Assembly (NCBI GenBank): GCA_001914235.1
Contig: MQUF01000009.1
Span: 11,614 to 75,613, forward strand
Direction: 5' to 3'
Length of the DNA: 64,000 nt
Origin: Desulfobulbaceae bacterium DB1
GTDB lineage: Bacteria > Desulfobacterota > Desulfobulbia > Desulfobulbales > SURF-16
A model generated the notes under the pieces. It saw only the letters and a program-made list of their open reading frames with translations. It had not been told where the DNA came from and searched no databases. The translations under genes were made by a program, and so were the position numbers. Shown here one piece after another: positions 32,612 through 41,899 of this stretch. The number at the start of each line of letters is the position of its first letter. Positions within the stretch are counted from its first letter, which is position 1.

Positions 32612-34795
32612 TTGTCTGTACGAGCGGAAAACAACCAATTCCATCAACCAGGTTATTTTCACCCTCTCTTGAAAAAACAATTCTTTCTGTTTCTTTCGGC
32701 TGTTCCCTTTTTTCTGCCGGTTTTGTGGCGTTTACTGGATCAGGGCTTCACGCAGCCCGTCGGTCTGCTATCCGATTGCGGCCTGGGCTTGTTGGTGTGG
32801 CTGTTCGCTTTGCTCTTCCCCCAGTGGATGCGGGTTATCCTGGTGCTGCTCTGGGCAGTGTTTCAGGTCGCAGCACTTGAATTGTTTGCCGCCATGCAGC
32901 GTTTTCCCTCCTGGCAGGACATGCATTACCTCATTGATCCGGAATTCGTGAAAAATTCCACCGCCGGGTTCAACGTTGCTTCTCCCTTGAAGGAGGGAAC
33001 GATGCTGGCCGCAGTCCTGCTGGTGAGTATTTTCCCGGTTTCCCGGCCCGGGTGGCGCCTCTTTCGCAATGGGACGCTTCTTGCTCTGCTCTTCTTCGCC
33101 GGGCATTCCCTGCTGGACCGCAAATATGCCGACAGCAGCATTGCCGCCCGTTACAATCCGCTCCACTGGTTCAGCGGCGACGCCATTGCCATGGTGTTCC
33201 GTCCCGATATGCCGGTTTTCACCGAGGCGGATCTGCCGGAAGGGGTGCGCAAGCTTGATCTGCAGGGCACCCCCCTGCTCGGCAAAGGCCGGGCGAAAAA
33301 CGTGCTCATCGTTGTCATGGAAGGCGTTCCCGGTCTTTATCATCCGGAAATTCGCAAGGCGATGGGGGTCGACGCCCAGGCCCTTGTCATGCAGGGTCTG
33401 GTCGACAGCACCGCCAATGCCATGCTGATTCCCGATTTTGTCGCCCACAGCGCCCAGACCATTCGCGGCCTCTATGCCATTCTCTGCGGCGATTTCAGCA
33501 AACTGTCACTGAAAACCCCCAAGGCATTCGAGCTCGTTGCCGGTTCGGAACGCGCCAAAAACTGTCTGCCGGCCTGGCTTGCCGCCAACGGCTGGAGCAC
33601 CCATTACCTGCAGGGTGCGGGCCTTACGTTCATGAGCAAGGACCGGGTCATGCCGATAATGGGTTTCCAGCATGTCCACGGTTCGGAATGGTTCACCGAG
33701 CCTGACCCCTATCCCTTTGAGTGGGGGATAAGCGATCCGGCCTTTTTCAAGGGGGCGCGCCGCTATATCGCCGGCCTGCAGGCGGCAGAAGAGCCCTGGA
33801 TGCTGACGCTGCTCACCGTCGGCACCCATCATCCCTGCGCCCCGGTTTCCGAGGCCATCAGTAAAAAATATCCGAAACGGATTGATGCCGCGGTCATGAT
33901 GCTCGATGAGTCCGTTTCCGGATTTATCAAGGGAATTGTCGCGGACGGGGTCCTGGATGATACCCTGGTTATCGTGACATCGGATGAATCCCATGGCTCG
34001 GAGATCGCAGAATGGATATGCAGCTGGGGCACCGGCATCGTCATGGCCCCGGAACAGGAGCAACTGCCGCGTCTTAAAAAAGGCACCTTCGGCCTGGTCG
34101 ATATCAGCGCCTCGATTATCGACTATCTGGGGCTGCCCCAGCCCCCAACGAATATCGGCAGAAGCTTTTTCCGCGATTATGCCGAGTCCAGGGAAATGGT
34201 CGCCTATACCGCCGGCAAACTCCGCTGGCACACCAAGGACAACCTGCTTTATGAATGCGGGTGGAATTCCGATACCTGTCAGGTGACAAAAGCCGACTCC
34301 ATGCTCGGCTTTCCCCCCGGACCTTTTGAGCTGTACAAGGAACACGGTTCCTCTTTTTTCTTTGCCCGGGCGGTGGTTTTGGACGACAAGCTGATTGCCG
34401 GAGAGCTGAGCCGGGAGATGCGCTTTGCCAACGGCGAAATCCGTCCGCTGCCGGAAAAAGTCGTCAATGAGTGGTCGGAAAATCTCATCGGCGCCCAGTA
34501 CCTTGATTTTCCCGAAAACTCCAAGATTCATGTGTCGATGAAAATCAAGGCGGTCAAGGCCGGTGACGAGGGAATCCAGCTCAAACTGAATCTTCGTCAG
34601 TTTGAGCATCTTATTACCAGTATCTCCTATCCGCCCTTTCCGCTGCTTCACGCCGGCGAGGTGACGGAAATAGCCTTTGATTTCGACAATCCGGAGGCGC
34701 GGCAGGCCTTTTCCTTTCATCTCTTCGGCGAAGGGAAGGATGCGGCCGTGCAGATCGAAGAGTTCAATGTCACGGTGCACAGGCAGGGCGGTTGA
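32612..34795 (+). CDS. Membrane-anchored sulfatase-superfamily transferase (LtaS/OpgB-like phosphoglycerol or phosphoethanolamine transferase)
   Basis: An N-terminal polytopic region precedes an alkaline-phosphatase-type domain (LIVVMEGVPG, SAQTIRGLY, TVGTHHP, VTSDESHG). The start is uncertain: the tracked TTG is at 32612, and an alternative TTG at 32669 would give MKKQFFLF. Confidence 0.7.
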   Translation: MSVRAENNQFHQPGYFHPLLKKQFFLFLSAVPFFLPVLWRLLDQGFTQPVGLLSDCGLGLLVWLFALLFPQWMRVILVLLWAVFQVAALELFAAMQRFPSWQDMHYLIDPEFVKNSTAGFNVASPLKEGTMLAAVLLVSIFPVSRPGWRLFRNGTLLALLFFAGHSLLDRKYADSSIAARYNPLHWFSGDAIAMVFRPDMPVFTEADLPEGVRKLDLQGTPLLGKGRAKNVLIVVMEGVPGLYHPEIRKAMGVDAQALVMQGLVDSTANAMLIPDFVAHSAQTIRGLYAILCGDFSKLSLKTPKAFELVAGSERAKNCLPAWLAANGWSTHYLQGAGLTFMSKDRVMPIMGFQHVHGSEWFTEPDPYPFEWGISDPAFFKGARRYIAGLQAAEEPWMLTLLTVGTHHPCAPVSEAISKKYPKRIDAAVMMLDESVSGFIKGIVADGVLDDTLVIVTSDESHGSEIAEWICSWGTGIVMAPEQEQLPRLKKGTFGLVDISASIIDYLGLPQPPTNIGRSFFRDYAESREMVAYTAGKLRWHTKDNLLYECGWNSDTCQVTKADSMLGFPPGPFELYKEHGSSFFFARAVVLDDKLIAGELSREMRFANGEIRPLPEKVVNEWSENLIGAQYLDFPENSKIHVSMKIKAVKAGDEGIQLKLNLRQFEHLITSISYPPFPLLHAGEVTEIAFDFDNPEARQAFSFHLFGEGKDAAVQIEEFNVTVHRQGG

Positions 34796-34822
34796 TGCCG
34801 TGCGCCACAACCTCGCAAAACA

Positions 34823-36085
34823 ATGACCATGCCCCAAAAATCGTTTGTTTTTTCATTGATTGCTTTTGTTCTTGCCGCAACCGTCGGACTCGCGTCCTGC
34901 GCTTCCCCGGATACTAACGGGAAGACAGCGGTCATCCACGCAACAACCCCTGAGCCGCAGCGGTTCGTCGTCCGCGGCAGCTCCGTTGTTGATCAGACAA
35001 CGGGGAAACCCGTCTTTTTCCGGGGCATCGGCTACTCCCCCTTCCTGCCCGGCGACAAAACGCCGCTCAGTGGCGCAAACCCAGGGAATGACGGCCGTTA
35101 CCGGGATCATTTTGCCCGCATCCGCGAACTCGGGGTCAATTATCTTCATCTCTTTCCGCTGCACATGCCGGCCGGTTTCTTTGCCGAGCTTGACAAGACC
35201 GATCTCCTTTACGGCCAGGATATCTGGGTGCACTGCTGCGAAGAGGATTTTCTGGCCGAGGAATTCCAGCAGCGTACCCTGGCCCAGATCAAGGATGTCA
35301 TTGATCACACCTATGCGGTTGGCCGGCCGGACCGCCTGGTTCTCTTTTCCGTGGGTGATGAACTGGAGGCGGCAGCGGTGGCCCGCACCGACAGCCGTCA
35401 TCCCGAGGTGCGCGAGTACCGGGGCAAGCATGTGGTGGTGACAAATCGCACCCCCACCGAGGTCGCCCTTTCCCGTCTGATCGACGGGGCCATTGATTAT
35501 GAACTGACGCGCTACGGCCGCCGCCACCTTTACTCGCACACGAGCTGGACCCACATCGGCCCGGTTGCCGACCGTCCCGATCTGGAGGTGGAGAAAAAAA
35601 GCGTTCTGGTGCCGGACATGGGGGATCTCGTCTGCCTCAACATCTACACCTATGCACGGGGGGTCGTCACCTCGCCGCCCGGCTCCGTGACGAAAACCAC
35701 CTATCAGGGCTATCTCGAAGACCTGGCCCGGATGACGGCAAAGCCGGTTTTCATCACCCAGGTCGGTCTTTCGACCTCGCCCATTGCCCCGAAAGCCTGG
35801 GTACCCGGATTCGGCGGGCATCGGATCGAGGATGTCCCGGCGGTCTTCCGCTCCATCTGGCGGGACGTGCGGACAGCAGCGGGCCGGGAGAAATTCTGCG
35901 GGCTGGTCTTTTTTGAACTGCACGATGAATGGTGGAAAAGCGGTGAACACGCCGAAGACCTCACCCACCATGAAGAGAACGACCCGGAGGAATGGTTCGG
36001 ACTCTATGAGCTGGGAGAAAACAACCGCCTGATGCCGAAGGGGAAGATTCCGGAAACCGTGCGTTCCCTTTTTGCCGAGCCCTGA
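34823..36085 (+). CDS. Lipoprotein with a clan GH-A-like (TIM-barrel glycosidase-like) domain
   Basis: Lipobox LASC. The strand-end motifs FFRGIGYSP, LFSVGDELE, CLNIYTY, VFITQVGLS and FFELHDEWW follow the GH-A pattern but with atypical catalytic positions. Confidence 0.55.
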   Translation: MTMPQKSFVFSLIAFVLAATVGLASCASPDTNGKTAVIHATTPEPQRFVVRGSSVVDQTTGKPVFFRGIGYSPFLPGDKTPLSGANPGNDGRYRDHFARIRELGVNYLHLFPLHMPAGFFAELDKTDLLYGQDIWVHCCEEDFLAEEFQQRTLAQIKDVIDHTYAVGRPDRLVLFSVGDELEAAAVARTDSRHPEVREYRGKHVVVTNRTPTEVALSRLIDGAIDYELTRYGRRHLYSHTSWTHIGPVADRPDLEVEKKSVLVPDMGDLVCLNIYTYARGVVTSPPGSVTKTTYQGYLEDLARMTAKPVFITQVGLSTSPIAPKAWVPGFGGHRIEDVPAVFRSIWRDVRTAAGREKFCGLVFFELHDEWWKSGEHAEDLTHHEENDPEEWFGLYELGENNRLMPKGKIPETVRSLFAEP

Positions 36086-36126
36086 AACCCGGCCCGTTCG
36101 GCATCACCTCGTTATCAGGATCAAAA

Positions 36127-38280
36127 ATGAGTCATCATGAAATCATTGCCCGGGAAATGCATCTCCGGGAGCAGCAGGTTGCCGCTGTTGCCGCTTTGCT
36201 GGCAGAGGGCGCGACCGTGCCGTTTATTGCCCGCTACCGCAAAGAGGCAACCGGGTCCCTGGAAGATACGCAGATCGCCGCGGTACGGGACCGGATTGAA
36301 AAACTTGCCGAGCTCGACAAACGCAGGCAGGCGATTGTTGCTTCCCTTGCCGAACGCGATTTGCTCACCGATGTTCTTAGCCGGAAAATCTCTCTTGCCC
36401 GGGATCTTGCCACCCTGGAAGACATCTACCTGCCGCACCGCCGGAAACGCCGGACCCGGGCAACCCAGGCCAGGGAAAAAGGACTTGAACCCCTGGCCGG
36501 GCTTTTGTTTGCCCAGAAGGGGGAGAGGATCGACCCGGCGTCCTTTGTTGACCCGGAAAAGGGCTGCGCCAACGAAGACGATGCCCTGGCGGGCAGCCGG
36601 GACATTATTGCTGAATGGGTCAGTGAAGATGCCGAGGTGCGAACGGTTTTGCGCCAATTTTTTGCCAAGGAAAGCATCATTCAGTCAAGGCTGGTGAAAA
36701 AGAACGAGGAAAACGGGGCGAAGTTCAAGGACTATTTTGACTGGCAGGAACCGGCGGCCAAGGTGCCGAGTCACCGGTTGCTCGCCATGCTGCGGGGCGA
36801 GCGCGAAAAAATACTCACCCTGGCCATCCGCCCTCCCGAGGAAAAAGGGGTCGGATATTTACTGAAAAAATTCAGTAAACAGCAGGATGCTGCCGGCCGG
36901 CAGGTGGCCCTGGCGGTGGAGGACAGCTATAAACGGTTGCTTGCGCCATCGCTGGAAAATGAACTGCGCACCAACCTGAAAGCCCGGGCCGACGCCGAAG
37001 CTATCGCCGTTTTTGCCGAGAATCTCCGGGAACTTTTGCTTGCCTCGCCCCTGGGCGAGAAACGTTTACTGGCCCTTGACCCGGGGTTCAGGACAGGCGC
37101 CAAGCTGGTCTGCCTTGACGGGCAGGGCACGCTCCTCCAGCATGCGACCATTTATCCTACCCATGGCGGAGAAAAACTGCGCCAGGCCGGGGAGACAATC
37201 CGTCAACTCTGCGCGACTTACCAGGTGCAAGCCATTGCCATCGGCAGCGGCACCGCCGGCCGCGAAACAGAGGCCTTTGTCCGCAGCCTGAATCTTGCGC
37301 CGGATATCGTCATTACCATGGTGAATGAAAGCGGCGCTTCCATCTATTCAGCCTCGGATGCGGCCCGGGAGGAATTCCCCGGGCTTGATGTGACGATTCG
37401 CGGCGCCATATCCATCGGTCGCCGTTTGCAGGACCCGCTGGCGGAACTGGTGAAGATAGATCCCAAGTCCATCGGGGTGGGACAGTACCAGCACGATGTC
37501 GACCAGGCGGAACTCAAAAAAAGTCTGGAGGACGTCGTCGAAAGCTGCGTCAACAGTGTCGGCGTGGAGGTCAACACGGCAAGCGTTCAGCTTCTCACCT
37601 TTGTCTCCGGCCTTGGTCCGGGACCGGCAAAAAATATCGTGCACTACCGGCAGGAAAACGGCCCTTTCACCGAGCGGCAACAACTCAGGAAAGTCCCCCG
37701 TCTGGGGCCGAAGGCCTATGAACAGTGCGCCGGATTTCTGCGCATCAGAGGGGCGAAAAATCCCCTTGATGCAAGCGGCGTCCATCCGGAACGCTACGAC
37801 CTCGTCGGGCAGATGGCGCGGGATCTGGGCTGCTCGGTTGCCGAACTGATCGGCAATGCAGCGGCCAGGGAAAAAATCAATCTGGAAAAATACCTCTCCG
37901 ATGCGGTTGGGCTGCCGACCTTGCACGACATCATGGCGGAACTTGCCAAACCGGGCCGTGACCCGCGCAAGGCGTTCACCGTCTTTCAGTTCGCTGAAGG
38001 CGTCAATGCCATTGAGGACCTGTATCCGGAAATGCGGCTGCCGGGAATCGTCACCAATGTCACCCGATTCGGCGCCTTTGTCGACATCGGGGTGCATCAG
38101 GATGGTCTTGTCCACATCAGTCAACTGGCGGACCGCTTTGTCAAGGACCCGGCGGAAATCGTTAAAATCGGCCAACAGCTGCTGGTTCGCGTCATGGAAA
38201 TCGATATCCCGCGAAAACGGATAACCCTTTCCCTGAAAATGGAGGAGCGTTCGCCGGGAGTTGCAACTCATCTCCCGTGA
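36127..38280 (+). CDS. tex: Tex-family transcription accessory protein (S1 RNA-binding)
   Basis: 717 aa. The Tex N-terminal region reads VAAVAALLAEGATVPFIARYRKEATG. YqgF-like and HhH regions follow, then a C-terminal S1 domain (GIVTNVTRFGAFVDIG). Confidence 0.9.
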   Translation: MSHHEIIAREMHLREQQVAAVAALLAEGATVPFIARYRKEATGSLEDTQIAAVRDRIEKLAELDKRRQAIVASLAERDLLTDVLSRKISLARDLATLEDIYLPHRRKRRTRATQAREKGLEPLAGLLFAQKGERIDPASFVDPEKGCANEDDALAGSRDIIAEWVSEDAEVRTVLRQFFAKESIIQSRLVKKNEENGAKFKDYFDWQEPAAKVPSHRLLAMLRGEREKILTLAIRPPEEKGVGYLLKKFSKQQDAAGRQVALAVEDSYKRLLAPSLENELRTNLKARADAEAIAVFAENLRELLLASPLGEKRLLALDPGFRTGAKLVCLDGQGTLLQHATIYPTHGGEKLRQAGETIRQLCATYQVQAIAIGSGTAGRETEAFVRSLNLAPDIVITMVNESGASIYSASDAAREEFPGLDVTIRGAISIGRRLQDPLAELVKIDPKSIGVGQYQHDVDQAELKKSLEDVVESCVNSVGVEVNTASVQLLTFVSGLGPGPAKNIVHYRQENGPFTERQQLRKVPRLGPKAYEQCAGFLRIRGAKNPLDASGVHPERYDLVGQMARDLGCSVAELIGNAAAREKINLEKYLSDAVGLPTLHDIMAELAKPGRDPRKAFTVFQFAEGVNAIEDLYPEMRLPGIVTNVTRFGAFVDIGVHQDGLVHISQLADRFVKDPAEIVKIGQQLLVRVMEIDIPRKRITLSLKMEERSPGVATHLP

Positions 38281-40745
38281 AATTTCAGGTGGGCCTGCAC
38301 CAGTTTGATGTCGTTGTAGGAAGAGTCGTCGCCGAGGGCGGTTATTATCTCTTTGGTCGGGCTGTTTTTCATTGTCGCCAGTTTTTCGGCAATGGCCCGT
38401 TGCTTTTCCGGCAACAGCAGGGTGCCGATTTCCAGCTCGCCGGTTTCGACGAAATGGGCCAGGTGTCCGGCAATGGTTGATTGTGCCAGACCGCGTTGTT
38501 CGGCGATCTGCTCAATCGATAAACCATCCTGAAACAGCACGAAACTGACGTGCCGGGTCGTGGCGGGCGGCGCTTTTTCTTTTTCGGCGCGCCCCTGCTC
38601 CCCCAGGGCTTTGGGTGCAGGCAGAACCACCTCGCGAATCCTGTGTTTCCTGCGGTAGTCCGCAACCAGCTCCACCAGCTCCGTACCGTATTTTTCCAGG
38701 GTGCGTGGGCCGATTCCCTTGATGTTCTTCAGATCCCCGGGGGTGTCCGGCAGACTGACCGCAATCTGGATCAGGATGCTTTGGTGCAAAATCCGGTAAT
38801 GGGGCAGCCCCTCTTTGGCTGCCGTTTGCGCCCGCCAGTCCTTTATGGCCTGGTACAACTCGGGATGCGCGACATCGGCGGCGGTGTATTCCTCCTGAAC
38901 GGCTTTTCTTTCCTTGTCCGGCGCACAGTCGATTTCAGCGGCGGACAGGGCGCGCCGGTAGCGGTCCGGGGAAAAGCCGTTTTCACAACTCTTCACCCCA
39001 GCCGTTTTTATCAGCACTTCCCGGTTCAGTTCATGGAGGGCGGTGTGGATTTGTTTTTTTATGTCCTTGTTGTCCGTCTCCACCCGCAGGGCCCGGAGAT
39101 TTTCCCGGAGAATGGTTTCGATTTTTTCCTGAAAATAGCGTGATGCCTTGCCGATTCGTTCAAGAATGTGACTGTTCGACTCGGGCAGGGTGTCAGGGGC
39201 AAAAAGACCGAGCAATTGCCGTTTGAAATTTTCGCCGACCACGCAGATCTCACGTACCCCGCTTTTTTCCATTTCCCGGATATCATTGATGCCGGTCACC
39301 GTGATCAGCCGTTCGTTGCCGAGCACCACCCGCAGCAGACGGTTCAGGCGAAAACGCAGCTGGTCAAAATCAAAGCAATCCAGCAGCAGCCGCTGCTGGC
39401 TGCGGATTTTTTCCGCAAGCAGGAGTTCGGGCGAGGGCGGCTTTTGGAACGCCTTTTTGACAAAAGAGAGCACCGTACCGTCGCTTTTGACCGACTGCAT
39501 GGAAAGAGGCGAACTGAGCACCATGCCTTCAAAGGTTCTGCAACGGCTCAGGCCCACATAAACCTGGCCATGGGCAAAGGAGGCGGCCGCGTCAATGACC
39601 GCCTTGTCAAAGGTGAGCCCCTGGCTTTTGTGAATGGTGATGGCCCACGCCGGTTTCAGCGGATATTGAACGAATTTGCCGATTTTGTTTTCCGTGATTT
39701 CCCTGGTCAGGCTGTCGACCGTGTACTTGATATTATCCCAGGTCGCCGGTTCAACCATGATTTCCTTTTTGTCGTCAGGGCATTTGACGAACACCGTTTT
39801 GCCCGCGATCCGGGTTATTGTGCCGATCTTCCCGTTAAAATAGAGCTTGTCGCGCGACGCATCGTTACGCATGAACATGACCTGGGCGCCAACCTTGAGT
39901 TCGAGCAGGGCCGGGGTCGGATAGGCGTATTCGGGAAACTCGCCTTCCACCTCGGCGCTGAAACGGTGCAGCTTGGCCGGCAAGGCCCGCATTCTGGTTT
40001 CGTTGATGGCGTCAACCCCGCGATTGTGGGTGCCGAGCGTGATGTAGCCTTCGTCTTCAGCCGGAACAAAATTCGGGATGTAGCGGCGGTTGAGCTCCCG
40101 CAGCGAGTCCTCGTCAAGGTTGTTGTCCCGCACCCGGTTGAGCAGTTTAATGAACCGGAGATCCGACTGGCGGTAAACATGTTGCAGCTCAATGGATATC
40201 AGCTCGGTTTGCCGCAAGGCATTGCTGCTGAAAAAGTAGATTGATTCATAATGATCGCGCAGTATCTGCCGGTCGCTCTCCTTGACCACCGGCGCAAGCT
40301 GCTGCAGGTCGCCGATCATCAGCAGCTGCACGCCGCCGAAGGGCAGGTTGCCGCGGCGGTAGCGGCGCAGCACCATGTCCACCCCATCGAGCAGATCGGC
40401 CCGCACCATGCTTATTTCGTCGATCACCAGCAGATCGAGGCTCTTGATGATGTTGATTTTTTCCTTGTTGAATTTGCGCTGATTGCGCTGGTCGTTGATT
40501 TCGCCTCCCGGTACATACGGACCAAAGGGCATCTGGAAAAACGAATGCAGGGTGACCCCGCCGGCGTTGATGGCCGCAACCCCGGTGGGCGCGGTGACTA
40601 TCATGCGTTTGCCGGTGTTTTTTTTCAGATTGTGGAGAAAGGTGGTCTTGCCGGTGCCGGCCTTGCCGGTCAGGAAGACATTGCAGGCAGTATGCCGGAC
40701 AAAATCGTCGGCAAGTTGCAGTTCCGGGTTTGGATCGGTTGTCAT
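38268..40745 (-). CDS. PIF1/RecD-like SF1 helicase with HRDC and C-terminal HTH domains
   Basis: Walker A GKAGTGKTT, Walker B VIDEISMV and motif ITIHKSQGLTFD. An HRDC-like segment reads LYQAIKDWR...IKGIGPRTLEKYG, followed by a C-terminal HTH-like segment. I prefer the start at the internal Met (MTTDPN), whereas the tracked ORF extends to 40889. Confidence 0.8.
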   Translation of the reverse strand: MTTDPNPELQLADDFVRHTACNVFLTGKAGTGKTTFLHNLKKNTGKRMIVTAPTGVAAINAGGVTLHSFFQMPFGPYVPGGEINDQRNQRKFNKEKINIIKSLDLLVIDEISMVRADLLDGVDMVLRRYRRGNLPFGGVQLLMIGDLQQLAPVVKESDRQILRDHYESIYFFSSNALRQTELISIELQHVYRQSDLRFIKLLNRVRDNNLDEDSLRELNRRYIPNFVPAEDEGYITLGTHNRGVDAINETRMRALPAKLHRFSAEVEGEFPEYAYPTPALLELKVGAQVMFMRNDASRDKLYFNGKIGTITRIAGKTVFVKCPDDKKEIMVEPATWDNIKYTVDSLTREITENKIGKFVQYPLKPAWAITIHKSQGLTFDKAVIDAAASFAHGQVYVGLSRCRTFEGMVLSSPLSMQSVKSDGTVLSFVKKAFQKPPSPELLLAEKIRSQQRLLLDCFDFDQLRFRLNRLLRVVLGNERLITVTGINDIREMEKSGVREICVVGENFKRQLLGLFAPDTLPESNSHILERIGKASRYFQEKIETILRENLRALRVETDNKDIKKQIHTALHELNREVLIKTAGVKSCENGFSPDRYRRALSAAEIDCAPDKERKAVQEEYTAADVAHPELYQAIKDWRAQTAAKEGLPHYRILHQSILIQIAVSLPDTPGDLKNIKGIGPRTLEKYGTELVELVADYRRKHRIREVVLPAPKALGEQGRAEKEKAPPATTRHVSFVLFQDGLSIEQIAEQRGLAQSTIAGHLAHFVETGELEIGTLLLPEKQRAIAEKLATMKNSPTKEIITALGDDSSYNDIKLVQAHLKFHGR

Positions 40746-41058
40746 GGTCGGCTGGATTTCCGGGGTGTTTTGGCGAATCGTAAAGGTGATCGTTGATTTT
40801 AATCTGATCGGCCGCATTATGCCAGGGGAGAATTTTTTGCAGCCCTGACGGCTCTCGAGCCGCCGATCGTTGCCCTTGGCGGAACACACCGGAAAGAACG
40901 GGACAGTTCAAGAAAATATTTTTCAGCCGGCAAAAAAGCTGGATAAAAACATCCTGGATGATAATATGAGTTAGAATCGTCGGATAATTTCCTTTAGGTA
41001 AACCCCCGGCTTTGCCGGGGGACAACAAAAGTTTGACAGTTCCGGAATAATATCGAAG

Positions 41059-41099
41059 CCTCCAAACTCGTGGACCGCTCAAAGTCACGAGAATGGAGG
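41059..41099 (+). promoter_or_regulatory. 5' leader hairpin sequestering the tnpA ribosome-binding site
   Basis: CCTCCA-AA-CTCGTG (41059-41072) pairs with CACGAG-AA-TGGAGG (41086-41099). The GGAGG at 41095-41099 lies 5 nt upstream of the ATG at 41105. Confidence 0.6.
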
Positions 41100-41104
41100 T
41101 TTCG

Positions 41105-41542
41105 ATGAACGACATACAATCTTTAAGTCACACGAGGTGGGATTGCAAGTACCATGTGGTATGGATACCGAAATGCCGGCGGAAAGTACTTTATGGGCAA
41201 CTACGGAAGAATCTGGGGGAGGTTTTTCATGAACTTGCTCGTCAGAAGGAGAGCAAGGTGGTGGAAGGGCATTTGCTCCCAGATCATGTCCACATGCTGA
41301 TATCGATACCACCGAAATATTCGGTAGCACAAGTAGTTGGATACATAAAGGGGAAAAGTGCAATTCACATCGCTCGGATTTACCTTGGACAGCGGAAGAA
41401 TTTCAACGGAATGCATTTCTGGGCACGAGGATATTTTGTGTCAACAGTAGGCGCCGATGAAGAGGTCGTCCGGAACTATATCAAAAAGCAAGAAAAGGAA
41501 GACCAGCGTATCGAGCAATTATCGTTATTTAAGCAAGGTTGA
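41105..41542 (+). CDS. tnpA: IS200/IS605-family Y1 transposase TnpA
   Basis: HTRWDCKYHVVWIPKCRRK, the HUH motif DHVHMLISIPP and WARGYFVSTVG (catalytic Tyr region). Confidence 0.92.
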   Translation: MNDIQSLSHTRWDCKYHVVWIPKCRRKVLYGQLRKNLGEVFHELARQKESKVVEGHLLPDHVHMLISIPPKYSVAQVVGYIKGKSAIHIARIYLGQRKNFNGMHFWARGYFVSTVGADEEVVRNYIKKQEKEDQRIEQLSLFKQG

Positions 41543-41712
41543 CGCTGGTTATGACCACCGAATGGTGGTCAGATAATCTTTTAAACATACCGCTTTGAGC
41601 GGTCCACGGTGTTTAAAGCCACCGGCTTTGCCGGTGGTTACTTACTTTCAGCGATCGTATTCCGCCGGAAAAGCCTCCCGCTCATTTGACACTTTTTTAA
41701 GAAAAAAAAGGG

Positions 41713-41883
41713 GTAACTATCCAGCAGCACCGCATCTGCTTTGTCATCGGCCTGCCCGCATACCCAGTGTATAGCGGCCAGGCCTCTCTCGGAGTCTGCG
41801 CTTACCGGCGCATCTGCGGCACTGCTGAATAGTTACAGCACCGGGGCGGTTTGAGCAATTTTCGTCCCAAGCTGGATAGTTAC
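41713..41883. repeat. Inverted-repeat element: GTAACTATCCAGC (41713-41725) against GCTGAATAGTTAC (41824-41836) and GCTGGATAGTTAC (41871-41883)
   Basis: The outer copies form a perfect 13-bp inverted repeat. The inner copy extends to an imperfect inverted repeat of about 27 bp with 41713-41739. The element lies immediately upstream of the GTG start at 41900. Confidence 0.6.
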
Positions 41884-41899
41884 AAAAAAGGATGCAGAC

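Larger units (their letters stand above)
41001..41640 (+). mobile_element. IS200-type insertion sequence (IS200/IS605 family, tnpA only)
   Basis: The Y1 transposase gene is flanked by near-identical subterminal hairpins: CCCCCGGCTTTGCCGGGGG (41003-41021) and CCACCGGCTTTGCCGGTGG (41619-41637). The exact ends were not determined. Confidence 0.75.

Noticed and set aside
33506-35971. Two long minus-strand ORFs (443 aa and 372 aa) antisense to the OpgB-like and GH-like genes.
   Set aside because: They are shadow ORFs with no RBS context and an implausible composition. The sense-strand genes carry family motifs and a lipobox.
39168-41115. A plus-strand 358-aa ORF and a minus-strand 289-aa ORF overlapping the helicase gene and its upstream region.
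   Set aside because: These are antisense or alternate-frame shadows of the helicase gene. The 289-aa product is extremely Arg/Pro/Gln/His-rich.
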